This document shows positions 1 to 14,800 of a stretch of DNA of 64,000 nucleotides, one piece after another (the first letter of the stretch is position 1; every line of letters starts with the position of its first letter). Source of the DNA: Eledone cirrhosa (taxonomy: Eukaryota); the NCBI GenBank assembly GCA_964016885.1, contig OZ024747.1, positions 1,302,001 to 1,366,000 of the forward strand. Direction: 5' to 3'. The position numbers and the translations under genes are program-made. The notes below the pieces were generated by a model. It worked only from the letters and a program-made list of their open reading frames with translations, was not told the origin of the DNA and did not search any database.

Positions 1-699
1 ACTGGGTAGATTAAATCGACTCGGTCCTTTCCACCAAATATGTTGGGAATTGTACCTAAATCAGAAAGAATTATTGAAATGTATTGGTCGTGGTAAATAT
101 CTTTGTGATTGTGCAGATGAAATTAAAAGAAAAATACTTCTGCCATTTAACTACCTCAGTTATTGAATGTGAAAATTAAATTTGAGAATAATTAATAAGT
201 GTAATACAAATGAAAATCAGAGAGTTGGAAAAATGAGTTAAAATTTTGTGAAATGCATCGCCTCAATAAGTCACACTACATGAACTTATGAAAAATTACT
301 ATTTCGATTATATCTATTGTCACCATGTTACTGAGGTATCAATTGATGCCCGTGGGGGTGCTTGGTTGTTTCAGTGCCTTAGCCTCGCCATCACCTGTGG
401 TAATGTTGCCAGAAAATGTTCTGTTGACACTTTTGATGTGATGTGCGGCTGATTGTCACACTCGGAGGTGAATTGATGGTCGTTTTCTTTAATCTTATAT
501 ATTTCTTAAGTATTGTATATATTATTAGTGTCTATTTTCATTCTGTAAGAATTATAAATAACGTAATATTTATACAATTGTCAATAAAATGTTTTTTCAG
601 TTGTAAACATGAAAAAATTGACCCAGTGAAGCTGTGTGAATAGAATTAGCTGTTATAAACAGAAATAATGGAAATATGTGTATTTTAGAAACTTCTTCA

Positions 700-825
700 C
701 CCACTTATTCCTGGAAGGGTCGTGTGGGCAGAATCCTGAAACACTTCCTCCAGTAGATCCTGCCAGAAGCAACTGTCTACAACTGATCCGGCTGGATCCC
801 CGAGACCAACCAAGCTCATGTAGTG
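700..825 (-). mobile_element. Old RTE-type LINE 3' fragment (dispersed repeat; related copies at ~38575-38900 and ~45560-45990)
   Basis: Shares the sequence 'aaacacttcctccag..cctgccagaagcaac..caactgatc.ggctggatcc..caagctcatg' with the two other loci; the 45560-45990 copy translates on - to an RTE C-terminal motif. Confidence 0.55.
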
Positions 826-829
826 ATAT

Positions 830-1255
830 TACATGTAAACTAACAGACTTCTTATGGGACTTCTTATGTGTCAGATGGACAAGAGTAGTTAGCAGTAATA
901 CTACAAGTGAAATGAATTCTTTGACATGTCTACAAGGCCCCCAAGAAGTAGTTGACAGTTTCTGTTACCTAGATGTCTCAAGCAGTGGAAGAGGGTGTTC
1001 TGAAAACAGAGTAATCAGAATAAGGATGAGGGTAGGGGGACATTAAGACTATTACCCCCGCAGGTAACAAAGGGATTATCTCCCTGTTTGAAGCTGAAAC
1101 AGTTTGTGTACGAAGTGCAATGTCGCATGGTAGCAAAACATGGGCATTGAAAGCAGAGGATGTGTGGAGGCTAAAGAGATGAAGCATGCTATGCTCTACT
1201 GGATATGTAATATTAGCATGTAAAAATGTCACAGCACAAATGAGCTAGAATACAA
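830..1255 (+). mobile_element. Degenerate RTE LINE ORF fragment
   Basis: Translates to EVVDSFCYL..SSGRGCSE..RIR and AMSHGSKTWALKAEDVWRL, matching the intact RTE at 7151-8787 (EIVDSFRYLG, AMLHGSETWALCAEDIRRL); carries stops and frameshifts. Confidence 0.75.
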
Positions 1256-1714
1256 TCTAATTATAAATGCGACATTGTAAAAAAAAAAAGAAAAAAGATC
1301 AAAACCAAAATATATTTTACCAAACTTTGTTTTTTAAAAATTACACATAAAATAAATATATTTGATGTACTTATATATATACATATAAATATATATATAT
1401 ATATGTATATAAATAAAAGATATATATTTATTTATTTATTTTTAAGTGGTTATCTTGTATTTTAATTGTGGTAATTTAATTAAAACATTGCCTCAATAAA
1501 TGATAAACACAGGTTAATTGGTGAGAGAACAGCATTTATGGTTTCCATATCACAAATTAATGATAAACATTTTAAAAATATCATTAACAAGTTATATGAC
1601 AAATTACTATAAATCTTTCTCCAGGATTGTGTTATTCATTGCATCAAGCAAATGTTTTTTTAAATTTACATTTTTTATATTTAAACAGTTAAAATACAAG
1701 ATAACCCTGGTAAA

Positions 1715-2089
1715 TTATTGTTTTTCTTTATCTTCTGGTTCCATGTTAGAGTTTCTTTTATTTCCACTGACTTTCATTTTGCTGGTATAATCAGCCAGAA
1801 TTTCGGCAGTGACCTCATCATATTTTTTCCAGATTTTTTCTGTACAAACCTCATAATCAACCATAGCTCTTGAAACTCTTTCCTGGTACTCACTTTCCTT
1901 AACACTATTATCAAATTCGCTTTTTTCCATTAACATTACAGCAACTTTCAGTGAGTTCTCATAGGTTAAACGCAACACATCCATATGTTGCTGGTGTTTG
2001 TCATATGCAACAGATAACTTCTGTTCAAAGACCTGTCGTGGACCATGGTAAGAGCCACCCCAATTACGCCACGTAGATTTCTTCATCAT
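1715..2089 (-). CDS. Candidate orphan gene, 124-aa predicted helical protein (single coding exon)
   Basis: Non-repetitive open frame MMKKSTWRNWGGSYHGPRQVFEQKL...EPEDKEKQ* with A at -3. A strong 3' splice site (ctattaac...ttccttttcttttcatttccAG, exon start 2172) lies 83 nt upstream with an in-frame stop in between. AATAAA at 1432-1427. No family recognised. Confidence 0.5.
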   Translation of the reverse strand: MMKKSTWRNWGGSYHGPRQVFEQKLSVAYDKHQQHMDVLRLTYENSLKVAVMLMEKSEFDNSVKESEYQERVSRAMVDYEVCTEKIWKKYDEVTAEILADYTSKMKVSGNKRNSNMEPEDKEKQ

Positions 2090-3904
2090 ATTTGTGTTGT
2101 TTGTCAAGAGTTGAGATGAATAAAGAAGAAGTGTTCCAGGTGGAAGTGAAAATATATGGAGTCAGTTCAGATCTGGAAATGAAAAGAAAAGGAAAGGTTA
2201 ATAGTTTAATAAAGTTGAGGTGAGAGGGAGGTAGAGATTTCTCTATCTTTCAATATATTCTGGGTTCTATTTTACTCCATTGAATCCTTTTGTAAAAGTT
2301 GAACTCAACCCTGCAAAATAATGACACAAAACTAGTGATAACATCAGTGAGATATTATCTACACAAAACTAGTGATAACATCAGTGAGATATTATCTACA
2401 CACGATATCTATACACAACTAGATTGACAAGCAGGAATGGTCATAGCTGGAATGTCTATTCTGTTGGATCAAAGTTGACTTCCTAAGGTTCACATCAATA
2501 ACAACAGCTGCATATTGTAAAAACCATTCCATTAAGCCTTTGGAGACCATATTACTAATAAAATACACTATTTCAATTAAATATCGAAGAATATGGAGGG
2601 ATTTACTCAAATCTTGCCAACTCAGAATTCGTGAGATCACCCGACTCAAAATGTACCAATATATAACCAAGCTGACTGTACCAACTTAGATGGTATCTAG
2701 GTAACATACAAAAGTAGTGTGTAGAAGGTACACTAACTACACACACACCAACCACATACCACTACACAGGCTGCATCACATTAAAACAAAGTCTTTTGTT
2801 TACTAAAAATATTTCCAATGATTTCTCTCCTAGTATAGATACCACAGACATTGGAAGTAGATATTTTTTGCTAAGCCCTTATAGGTTGTTGAGTACATTT
2901 ATCAAACTGATAGCTTCATTGCTTTATATAATTGTCAAACAAATTCATTTATGTAGAACGGATTTACTTGCATTTTATTGTTAATTATATATATGTGTGT
3001 ATGTATAGAAACCATTTAGGGTTTCACTTTGAAAGGCGGAAGTATTATAAGAACCACCCTAGTACCACCCTCAGGAGTGTATTAAAAGAACCACCCTAGT
3101 ACCACCCTCAATATTGCTGACCATTACTTCCATTCTCACAATTTTAGCATATCCTCATTCCCTCAAGATTACATACCTTCGTTATAATCTAATTGTTATC
3201 TGGTAAACACCTGAGACTACAAAGTCCACATTTCTTTTTATCAATTTATGATTAACAAATCATTTTTTTTTTAACTTTGAAAACTCAGTTTTGTTTTACT
3301 ATGTCACTTTGATATTAAATATATAACCTAACCCACATGTCACATATAGGGGTGGGGGTGAAAGTTGCAGGTTTGTGGAAATGAAAAACTATACAACCTA
3401 TTTAATGTCACTTAGGGGTGGCTATTGATTACAGTTATTTATTTATTCTAATTAAATGTCTGTACAGAGCTGGTAAGCCATGACAGACTAAGGGAAGTAT
3501 GTAGTACTTCTTAAAAACAAGATATATAGAGTTACGTGAATATAAATATAAAAATTTAGATTTAAATAATGAAGGCCAACGGAAGTGTAGAAATGAAAAA
3601 AAATAAGACCTAGTTTTCTTTAACCCTTTCATGACCACATTTTTAATGAAATACACATTATTTTAATTAATTAATGAAGAATTCTAAGGGATTTACTAAC
3701 CTTATTTATTATTTTGTTACTAAGTTGTAACTTAATGTAACGTTCAACCCTTTAACCCTTTAGTTACCAACCCTACCAAAACTAGCTCTGGTTCTATGAA
3801 ATAAAACCACCCAATTTAAAAATTTCCAATTTACATTAAAATCTTCCAACATGATTTTATATAAGAACCTTACATTGAGTTACAACTTAGTAATGAAATA
3901 ATTA

Positions 3905-4070
3905 ATAATTGTTTCTACTTTTAGCACAAGGCCAGCAATTACCCAGTGCATTATTGACCCCGTAAGGATGAAAGGCAAAGTTAACCTCGGCGGGATTTGA
4001 ACTCAGAATGGCAAGGGCCGTAACTCTATGCGTTAAAGCATGGTGTCCGACCCTCTACCGATACTGCCAA
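3905..4070 (-). mobile_element. tRNA-derived SINE (octopus OK-SINE-like)
   Basis: On -: A-box-like TGGCAGTATCGG, B-box GAGTTCAAATCC, body gccgaggttaactttgcctttcatcc, AT-rich tail; many copies in the window. Confidence 0.8.
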
Positions 4071-4179
4071 AATACCTCAAAATTGGAATAAGAGTGGCGG
4101 GGATCGGAAAAAATCTGAAAAATTAGGAAGCGGGGGGGGGGGGGGGGGGCATTATTCAAGACCCTAGAATAGAATAGGG

Positions 4180-4862
4180 AGGATTAATTATGTGAAAATG
4201 AAAAAGTTTGACACGCAGAGGGAGGTGATTTATTATGGGGGAATTAAAAATGTAACAGTGTTCCATGAATTGGAAAGTCAAAGAAGCTTGAAAAATGGGT
4301 GCCATGTGAGTTGGACGAAGACCAGAAGAAATTTCCTCTTGTGCAACAAAAACAACCAATTTCTTGACTGCATTGTGAAGTGGATCAACCAACAACATTC
4401 AGCAGTGGACTAAGATGAGACTCCTAAACACTTCAGCTGAAGTTGTACCAAAACAAGGATTTAGTAGTCTGCAACAGAATTAATCCACTACTATAGACAA
4501 GTATCATGAAATCAATGAATTGCCGTGCATTTGTTGAGCATTGGTCAATAGAAAAGGTCCAATTCTTTTGCATGACATGGCTTGACCACATCATGCAACT
4601 ATTGTTCCAGAATTGGGCACCATTCTCACTGGAGTTTTTACTAACCAACTTCTTGCTAACAAAATTCTTCAACAGCCACAAATAATACCTACAAAGAATT
4701 TTCCACCTTCAGAGTTTCAGAATTCTACCGGAATAAATAAACATGAGACTTGTTGGCAAAACTGTGTAAATTCTAGTGGTTTTATTTTCAATAGATAATG
4801 TTTAATCCTGACTGAGATGTTTTAATGTTTAAAAACCTGCATTAATTTCTGAACAACCAATC
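4180..4862 (+). mobile_element. Degenerate mariner transposase remnant
   Basis: Fragments NKNNQFLDCIV and STGINKHETCWQNCVNSSGFIFN* resemble mariner (Hsmar1-like) transposase motifs FLDRIVT and GINQLISRWQKCVDCNGSYFD; TIR-like attaatttctgaacaacc at ~4841-4858. Confidence 0.65.
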
Positions 4863-4869
4863 ACTGAAG

Positions 4870-5872
4870 GAGTATGAAAATATCTAATGGAGACTAAACG
4901 CTGATGATGGAGAATATCAGAAATTTAATACAAAATAGCCATGAAACATGAACAAAGTAAAATATTGGTTTCTGTCTTCAAGGAAGCCAACGAATTAAAA
5001 GAAGAAAATGAAAACAGAAATTATGAAGAAGATAAAATCTAAATGAAAACATCTCCAGAATGCTATGCTAAAACAATGACAAGAGAAACCCCTACATGAC
5101 CAATACCCTCAAAAAGATGAATAGGGATCAAGTAGAGAAAGATAATTCACAAAACTTGCCAAGAAATGTATGTGGAAACTGAAGGATTTCTATGATAATT
5201 GCACCCCAAGATCAAAGTCTGCCACCAGAACTCACCAATAATATATAATGAAGCAGAACAATAAATAACTGCTGAATATGAGGTGGTGGGGAACAAACAA
5301 TTATCTACACTATCTCTGACTCCCCTAAGTCAAAAACAATATACCCACAGACATGATAGAGTTGAGAGCTACATACACTGGAAGTTATGCCAACATTACG
5401 AAATACCAACAGAAAGATTATGGCACAGACATACACTAGAAAAGGTGTCAGAGAATAACAAAACAACCATATGCGACATGTCGACAGACAGGGAGAGCAA
5501 AGCCAACCAAGTGGATATTATAGTCAAAGATCACAAAGAGAAAAGTGCTTTGTAACTAACATATCTCCACAGACGACAATATATCTGTGAAAGAAATGGA
5601 GAAATTATCTAAATATAAAGATCTAGAGATAGAAATAACTCAAATGTGGATGATAAAGACAGAAACAATCCCTATAATAATAGGTGCTTTGGGAATGGTA
5701 AAAACATACACAGAACCAAAAGGAAGATTTACAAATATATACAGCATATAGACAACAGCACTATTAGGCACTGCACACATTGAGGAATACTGTCAATAAC
5801 ACTGCACATAGCTGTGCTCAGTAATGCAGAGATAACACACAATAAAAATAATGATGGTGGTAATAATAATAA
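4870..5872 (+). mobile_element. R4/Dong-type non-LTR retrotransposon 3' fragment (restriction-like endonuclease region)
   Basis: Translates with frameshifts to RHDRVESYIHWKLC..ANQVDIIVKD..DDNISVKEMEKLSKYKDLEIEITQMW..IPIIIGALG, the RLE signature of R4/Dong elements; ends in (TAA)n. Confidence 0.75.
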
Positions 5873-6602
5873 TTTCTAACATAGGGGAAGGGGAAAGTCA
5901 ATTGTATCAACCCAAGTACATAACTGATGCTTTATTTTATTGACCTTGGAAGGCTAAGTTGACCTCGGCAGGATTTGAACTCAAAAGTTGTAACTAGATA
6001 CTACAAAGCACTTTGTGCAAAGCTCTACCTACCGATACTGCCAATCCATAACAATGGTTTCTGATTTAGGCACAAGGCCAACAATGGGGGGGGGGGGGGG
6101 GTGTTGATGAAAGTCGATTAAATTGACCCCAGTGTATTACTGCTACTTTATCGACCCTATAAAGATGAAAGGCAAAGCTAACCTCAGCGAGATTTGAACT
6201 CAGAATGTAAAGGGACACAACTGAGAAACATGTCTGACACTCTACCTACCAATACTGCCAATAATAATAATGGTTTCTGATTTAGGCACAAGGCCAGCAA
6301 TTTTAGGGGAAGGGAAAGTTGATTAAATTGACCCCAGAGTATGACTGGTACTTTATCAACCCTATAAATCTATTCCACAAAGCAAGGTGTTCGACGCTCT
6401 ACTGATCCTACTGCCAATCCAATAATAATAATTGTTTCTACTTTTGGCACAAGGCCAGCAATTACCCAGTGTATTACTGGTACTTTGTAAGGATGAAAGG
6501 CAAATTTAACCTCGGCGGGATTTGAACTCAGACCATAAAGGGCCGTAACTCTATGCTGCAAAGCATGGCGTCTGACCCTCTACCGATACTGCCAATCCAC
6601 CG
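5873..6602 (-). mobile_element. Cluster of four head-to-tail tRNA-derived SINE copies
   Basis: Repeated units ggcacaaggcc...gatgaaaggcaaag..aacctcggcgggatttgaactc...atactgccaa at about 5873-6047, 6055-6262, 6270-6420 (internally deleted) and 6430-6602, separated by (AAT)n tails. Confidence 0.8.
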
Positions 6603-6796
6603 AATAATGAGGGTTTCTTACGAGACCACATATTTTGGAAGTTAAATTCAATACATATTGATATTGGTAGGATTTGATCTCTCAACCTAAAAAGACTGCA
6701 ACAACCATAACAACAATCTTGAAATATTCAGAAATACCTGAGATATTTCCCTGTATAACTAACAATATGTATATATACACCATAACTATACAGTAT

Positions 6797-8787
6797 CATC
6801 ATCATCATCATCATCAACGTTTAACGTCCGTGTTCCACGCTTGCATGGGTTTGGACGGGGGTAGTCCCACTTGAGGCAAGAGTGATTGTCTTGCTCGCAT
6901 AGGACTGTCTGGCAGGTTTTCTACAGTTGGATGCCCTTCCTAACACCAACCACATTTACAGTGTGGGTCTGGGAGGTTTTTACCGTGTTGCCTACACGGC
7001 CACATTACAGCGTGGACTGTGTGTTTTTTTGTCGTGACACCTACACGATCTCATTTGTTTCGGCCTGGATGGCGCGGCACCAACATAACTTTACATAGAA
7101 CGGGGTGGTGTGGATGGGGTGGGGGTGGTGGCGGGACGGGGTGTATTTTGTTAGAGATGCCTACTGGCAAGGCGGGTCTTCTCTGTTACTGAGTACCGCC
7201 AAAGGTCTCGGTCCAGTGACATTGTCTTGGAGAGGTGTAAGTGTGTGAGGTCGGAGTTTATCAGCTCATCCCATGTTTTTCTAGGTCTGCCTATTCCGTG
7301 GCTACCGTCTATCTTTATTGCCCTGCACTTTGTAATACAGCTATCGACTTTCATGCGCATCACGTGTCCATACCAACGCAGCCTTCTCTCGAGTAAACAA
7401 CATCTGATCCCTCTTATCTCTAATTTTTTCCTTAGTTCGTTTATGCTTTGCCGTTCACGTATATTACTGTTACACATCCAGCGGAGCATGCAAGCTTCGT
7501 TCCTCTCTAGTCTGCGTATATCCTCTGCACACAATGCCCAGGTCTCACTACCATGCAACATTGCTGTTCGTATGCAGGCATCGTACAACCTGCCTTTCAT
7601 TTTTAGGGAGAACCCTTTAGCAGCTAATAGTGGTATAAGCTCTCTGAACTTTTTCCAACCAGTTCTGACTCTAGCTACAGTACTTTCAGAGCACCCTCCC
7701 CCACTGCTGATTTTATCGCCCAGGTAACGGAAGCTGTCCACTATTTCTATAGAACCCTCTGCGCAATTGAAAGAGCTAGTATTTTGTGGGCACTTGCTGC
7801 TACTTATTGCACCAGAACACCGGCCACATGTAAAGTCTATGTTCTTAGTTAGCTTACCTGTGATCCCACTACATCTTTTATGCACCCATACTTTGCATTT
7901 AGGACATAAGATGGAGTTTCTACCTACGCCTTTCCTACATACCGAGCACGACCATTTCCCAGAAGGGACCGCCGCCTTGTTTTCTTTCCTACAAACTAGA
8001 ACTTTGGTCTTAGCCAGGTTAATTTTAAGTCCTTTTGACTCTAGGCCGTGCTTCCATGTTTGGAATTTCTTCTCTAGCTCGGCCATTGATTCCGCTATGA
8101 GTGTCAGGTCGTCTGCGTATAGGAGTTCCCATGGGCAGCCTGTCTTGAACTCCTCTGTTATAGCCTGAAGGGCAATAATAAATAGTAGGGGGCTGAGAAC
8201 AGAGCCCTGATGGACGCCAACTTTTACGCTAAACTCTTCACTATATTCGTTGTTAATTCTAACCTTGCTGACTGTTTCTTTATACATGGCTTGTATAGCC
8301 CTCAGAAGCCATTCGTCAACGCCTAGTTTTCTAAGAGCCCACCAGATAATGGAGCGGGGGACTCTGTCGAAGGCTTTCTCCAGGTCGACAAAAGCTAAGT
8401 AGAGGGGTTTACCTTTAGCCAGGTACTTCTCCTGTAGTTGTCGTACTATGAAAAGAGCGTCTGTGGTGCTTTTGCCTGACACAAACCCGAACTGCATTTC
8501 ATCTAGGTCAATTCTCTCTCTGATTAGTTGCGCTATTACTTTTTCCGTGACCTTCATGACCTGGTCGATTAATTTAATGCCTCTATAGTTACTCCTATCT
8601 AGGGCGTCTCCTTTACCCTTATAACAGTTAACGATGATGATGCTATGCCAGTCCTTCGGAACAACCCCATTCTGTACGACTTGGTTAACTATGCGGGTGA
8701 CCATGGTGTGTCCCACCGTGCCAGATGCCTTCAGCATCTCAGCAACTATTTCCGAAGGCCCAGCCGCCTTACCCGTCTTCATACAGT
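6797..8787 (-). mobile_element. Young 5'-truncated RTE-clade LINE
   Basis: Uninterrupted RT ORF, ~350-bp 3' UTR and (GAT)n tail at 6797-6814; same 3' UTR recurs at 18507, 44625, 48202, 51490 and 59990. Confidence 0.93.
7151..8787 (-). CDS. RTE reverse transcriptase (partial ORF) with internal PHD-type zinc finger
   Basis: RT motifs NYRGIKL, QFGFVSGKST, FVDLEKAFDRV, GVHQGSVLSPLLF, LLYADD, FRYLG and C-terminal RRLRWYGHVMR/GRPRKTW; CxxC-x9-CxxC-x4-HxxC-x13-CxxC finger. The N-terminal MCVCMYIY of the track ORF is microsatellite read-through. Confidence 0.93.
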
Positions 8788-8822
8788 TATATATATATAT
8801 ATATATATACATACACACACAC

Positions 8823-11800
8823 ACACCATAACTATACAGTATATATATACACCATAACTATACAGTATATATACATACCATAACTATACAATATATATAT
8901 ATATATACACCATAACTATACAGTATATATACATACCATAACTATACAATATATATATATATACACCATAACTATACAGTATATATACACACCATAACTA
9001 TACAGTATATATACACCATAACTATACAGTATATATATACACCATAACTATACAGTATATATACACCATAACTATACAGTATATATACACACCATAACTA
9101 TAAAGTATATATATACACCATAACTATACAGTATATATACACACCATAACTATACAGTATATATATATATACACCATAACTATACAGTATATATACATAC
9201 CATAACTATACAGTATATATACACCATAACTATACAGTATATATACATACCATAACTATACAGTATATATACACCATAACAATACAGTATATATACATAC
9301 CATAACTATACAGTATATATACATCATAACTATACAGTATATATATACACCATAACTATACAGTATATATACACACCATAACTATACAGTATATATACAC
9401 CATAACTATACAGTATATATACATACCATAACTATACAGTATATATACACCATAACTATACAGTATATATACATACCATAATTATACAGTATATATACAC
9501 CATAACTATATAGTATATATACACACCATAACTATACAGTATATATATACACCATAACTATACAGTATATATACATACCATAACTATACAGTATATATAC
9601 ACCATAACTATACAGTATATATACATACCATAACTATACAGTATATATACACCATAACTATACAGTATATATACATACCATAACTATACAGTATATATAC
9701 ATACCATAACTATACAGTATATATACATACCATAACTATACAGTATATATACACCATAACTATACAGTATATATATATACACCATAACTATACAGTATAT
9801 ATACATACCATAACTATACAGTATATACACACCATAACTATACAGTATATACACACCATAACTATACAGTATATACACACCATAACTATACAGTATATAT
9901 ATACACCATAACTATACAGTATATATATACACCATAACTATACAGTATATATATACACCATAACTATACAGTATATATATACACCATAACTATACAGTAT
10001 ATATATACACCATAACTATACAGTATATATACATACCATAACTATACAGTATATATACATACCATAACTATACAGTATATATACACCATAACTATACAGT
10101 ATATATACATACCATAACTATACACCATAACTATACAGTATATATACATACCATAACTATACAGTATATATACACACCATAACTATACAGTATATATACA
10201 TACCATAACTATACAGTATATATACACCATAACTATACAGTATATATACACCATAACTATACAGTATATATACATACCATAACTATACAGTATATACACA
10301 CCATAACTATACAGTATATATACATACCATAACTATACAGTATATATACACCATAACTATACAGTATATATATACACCATAACTATACAGTATATACACA
10401 CCATAACTATACAGTATATATATACACCATAACTATACAGTATATATACATACCATAACTATACAGTATATATACACACCATAACTATACAGTATATATA
10501 CACACCATAACTATACAGTATATATACATACCATAACTATACAGTATATATACACACCATAACTATACAGTATATATACACCATAACTATACAGTATATA
10601 TACACCATAACTATACAGTATATATATACACCATAACTATACAGTATATATACATACCATAACTATACAGTATATATACACACCATAACTATACAGTATA
10701 TATACACACCATAACTATACAGTATATATACAGACCATAACTATACAGTATATATACACACGATAACTATACAGTATATATACACCATAACTATACAGTA
10801 TATATACACCATAACTATACAGTATATATATACACCATAACTATACAGTATATATACACCATAACTATACAGTATATATACATACCATAACTATACAGTA
10901 TATATACATACCATAACTATACAGTATATACACACCATAACTATACAGTATATCTATACACCATAACTATACAGTATATATACACCATAACTATACAGTA
11001 TATACACACCATAACTATACAGTATATATACACCATAACTATACAGTATATATATACACCATAACTATACAGTATATATACATACCATAACTATACAGTA
11101 TATATACATACCATAACTATACAGTATATATACACCATAACTATACAGTATATATATACACCATAACTATACAGTATATATACACCATAACTATACAGTA
11201 TATATATACACCATAACTATACAGTATATATACACCATAACTATACAGTATATATACACACCATAACTATACAGTATATATACATACCATAACTATACAG
11301 TATATATACATACCATAACTATACAGTATATATACATACCATAACTATACAGTATATATACATACCATAACTATACAGTATATATACATACCATAACTAT
11401 ACAGTATATACACACCATAACTATACAGTATATATACATACCATAACTATACAATATATATACACCATAACTATACAGTATATATACACACCATAACTAT
11501 ACAGTATATATACACACAATAACTATACAGTATATATACACCATAACTATACAGTATATATACACACCATAACTATACAGTATATATACACACCATAACT
11601 ATACAGTATATATACACCATAACTATACAGTATATACACACCATAACTATACAGTATATATACATACCATAACTATACAGTATATATACATACCATAACT
11701 ATACAGTATATATACATACCATAACTATACAGTATATACACACCATAACTATACAGTATATACACACCATAACTATACAGTATATATACATACCATAACT

Positions 11801-14800
11801 ATACAGTATATATACACCATAACTATACAGTATATATACACACCATAACTATACAGTATATATACACACCATAACTATACAGTATATATACACCATAACT
11901 ATACAGTATATATATACACCATAACTATACAGTATATATACACCATAACTATACAGTATATATATAAACCATAACTATACAGTATATATACATACCATAA
12001 CTATACAGTATATATACATACCATAACTATACAGTATATACACACCATAACTATACAGTATATATACATACCATAACTATACAGTATATATACACCATAA
12101 CTATACAGTATATATACACACCATAACTATACAGTATATATACACCATAACTATACAGTATATATATACACCATAACTATACAGTATATATACACCATAA
12201 CTATACAGTATATATACACACCATAACTATACAGTATATATACACACCATAACTATACAGTATATATACACACCATAACTATACAGTATATATACACCAT
12301 AACTATACAGTATATATATACACCATAACTATACAGTATATATACACCATAACTATACAGTATATATATAAACCATAACTATACAGTATATATACATACC
12401 ATAACTATACAGTATATATACATACCATAACTATACAGTATATATACATACCATAACTATACAGTATATACACACCATAACTATACAGTATATATACATA
12501 CCATAACTATACAGTATATATACATACCATAACTATACAGTATATATACACCATAACTATACAGTATATATACACACCATAACTATACAGTATATATACA
12601 CACCATAACTATACAGTATATATACACCATAACTATACAGTATATATATACACCATAACTATACAGTATATATACACCATAACTATACAGTATATATATA
12701 AACCATAACTATACAGTATATATACATACCATAACTATACAGTATATATACATACCATAACTATACAGTATATATACACCATAACTATACAGTATATATA
12801 TATACATACCATAACTATACAGTATATATACACCATAACTATACAGTATATACATACCATAACTATACAGTATATATACACCATAACTATACAGTATATA
12901 CATACCATAACAATACAGTATATATACACCATAACTATACAGTATATATACACACCATAACTATACAGTATATATACATACCATAACTATACAGTATATA
13001 TACACCATAACTATACAGTATATATACACCATAACTATACAGTATATATACACACCATAACTATACAGTATATATACATACCATAATTATACAGTATATA
13101 TACATACCATAACTATACAGTATATATACACCATAACTATACAGTATATATACACCATAACTATACAGTATATACATACCATAACTATACAGTATATATA
13201 CACACCATAACTATACAGTATATACATACCATAACTATACAGCATATATACATACCATAACTATACAGTATATACACACCATAACTATACAGTATATATA
13301 CACCATAACTATACAGTATATATACACACCATAACTATACAGTATATATACACCATAACTATACAGTATATACACACCATAACTATACAGTATATATACA
13401 CACCATAACTATACAGTATATATACATACCATAAATATACGTTATATACACACCATAACTATACAGTATATATACACACCATAACTATACAGTATATATA
13501 CATACCATAACTATATAGTATATACACACCATAACTATACAGTATATATACATACCATAACTATACAGTATATATACATACCATAACTATACAGTATATA
13601 CACACCATAACTATACAGTATATATACACACCATAACTATACAGTATATATACATACCATAACTATACAGTATATACACACCATAACTATACAGTATATA
13701 TACATACCATAACTATACAGTATATACACACCATAACTATACAGTATATATACACACCATAACTATACAGTATATATACATACCATAACTATACGGTATA
13801 TACACACCATAACTATACAGTATATATACACACCATAACTATACAGTATATATACATACCATAACTATATAGTATATACACACCATAACTATACAGTATA
13901 TATACATACCATAACTATACAGTATATATACATACCATAACTATACAGTATATACACACCATAACTATACAGTATATATACACACCATAACTATACAGTA
14001 TATATACATACCATAACTATACAGTATATACACACCATAACTATACAGTATATATACATACCATAACTATACAGTATATACACACCATAACTATACAGTA
14101 TATATACACACCATAACTATACAGTATATATACATACCATAACTATACAGTATATACACACCATAACTATACAGTATATATACACACCATAACTATACAG
14201 TATATATACATACCATAACTATACAGTATATACACACCATAACTATACAGTATATATACACACCATAACTATACAGTATATATACACACCATAACTATAC
14301 AGTATATACACACACCATAACTATACAGTATATATACACACCATAACTATACAGTATATATACACCATAACTATACAGTATATATACACACCATAACTAT
14401 ACAGTATATATACACCATAACTATACAGTATATACACACCATAACTATACAGTATATATACACACCATAACTATACAGTATATATACACCATAACTATAC
14501 AGTATATACATACCATAACTATACAGTATATATACATACCATAACTATACAGTATATATACATACCATAACTATACAGTATATATACACCATAACTATAC
14601 AGTATATATACACCATAACTATACAGTATATATACACCATAACTATACAGTATATACATACCATAACTATACAGTATATATACACCATAACTATACAGTA
14701 TATACATACCATAACTATACAGTATATATACACCATAACTATACAGTATATACATACCATAACTATACAGTATATATACATACCATAACTATACAGTATA

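Noticed and set aside
2419-2690. Possible mariner-like fragment or extra coding exon
   Set aside because: Only a faint DFL..TSITTAAYC resemblance with multiple stops; not enough to call.
7100-7143. G-quadruplex-like G-tract repeated at several loci
   Set aside because: It is the antisense of the C-rich RTE 3' UTR; recurrence is explained by TE copy number.
9684-14781. ORFs such as MYILYSYGVYILYSYG in the satellite
   Set aside because: Chance runs of in-frame repeat units; no splice or start context, and the frame is broken by 26-bp units.
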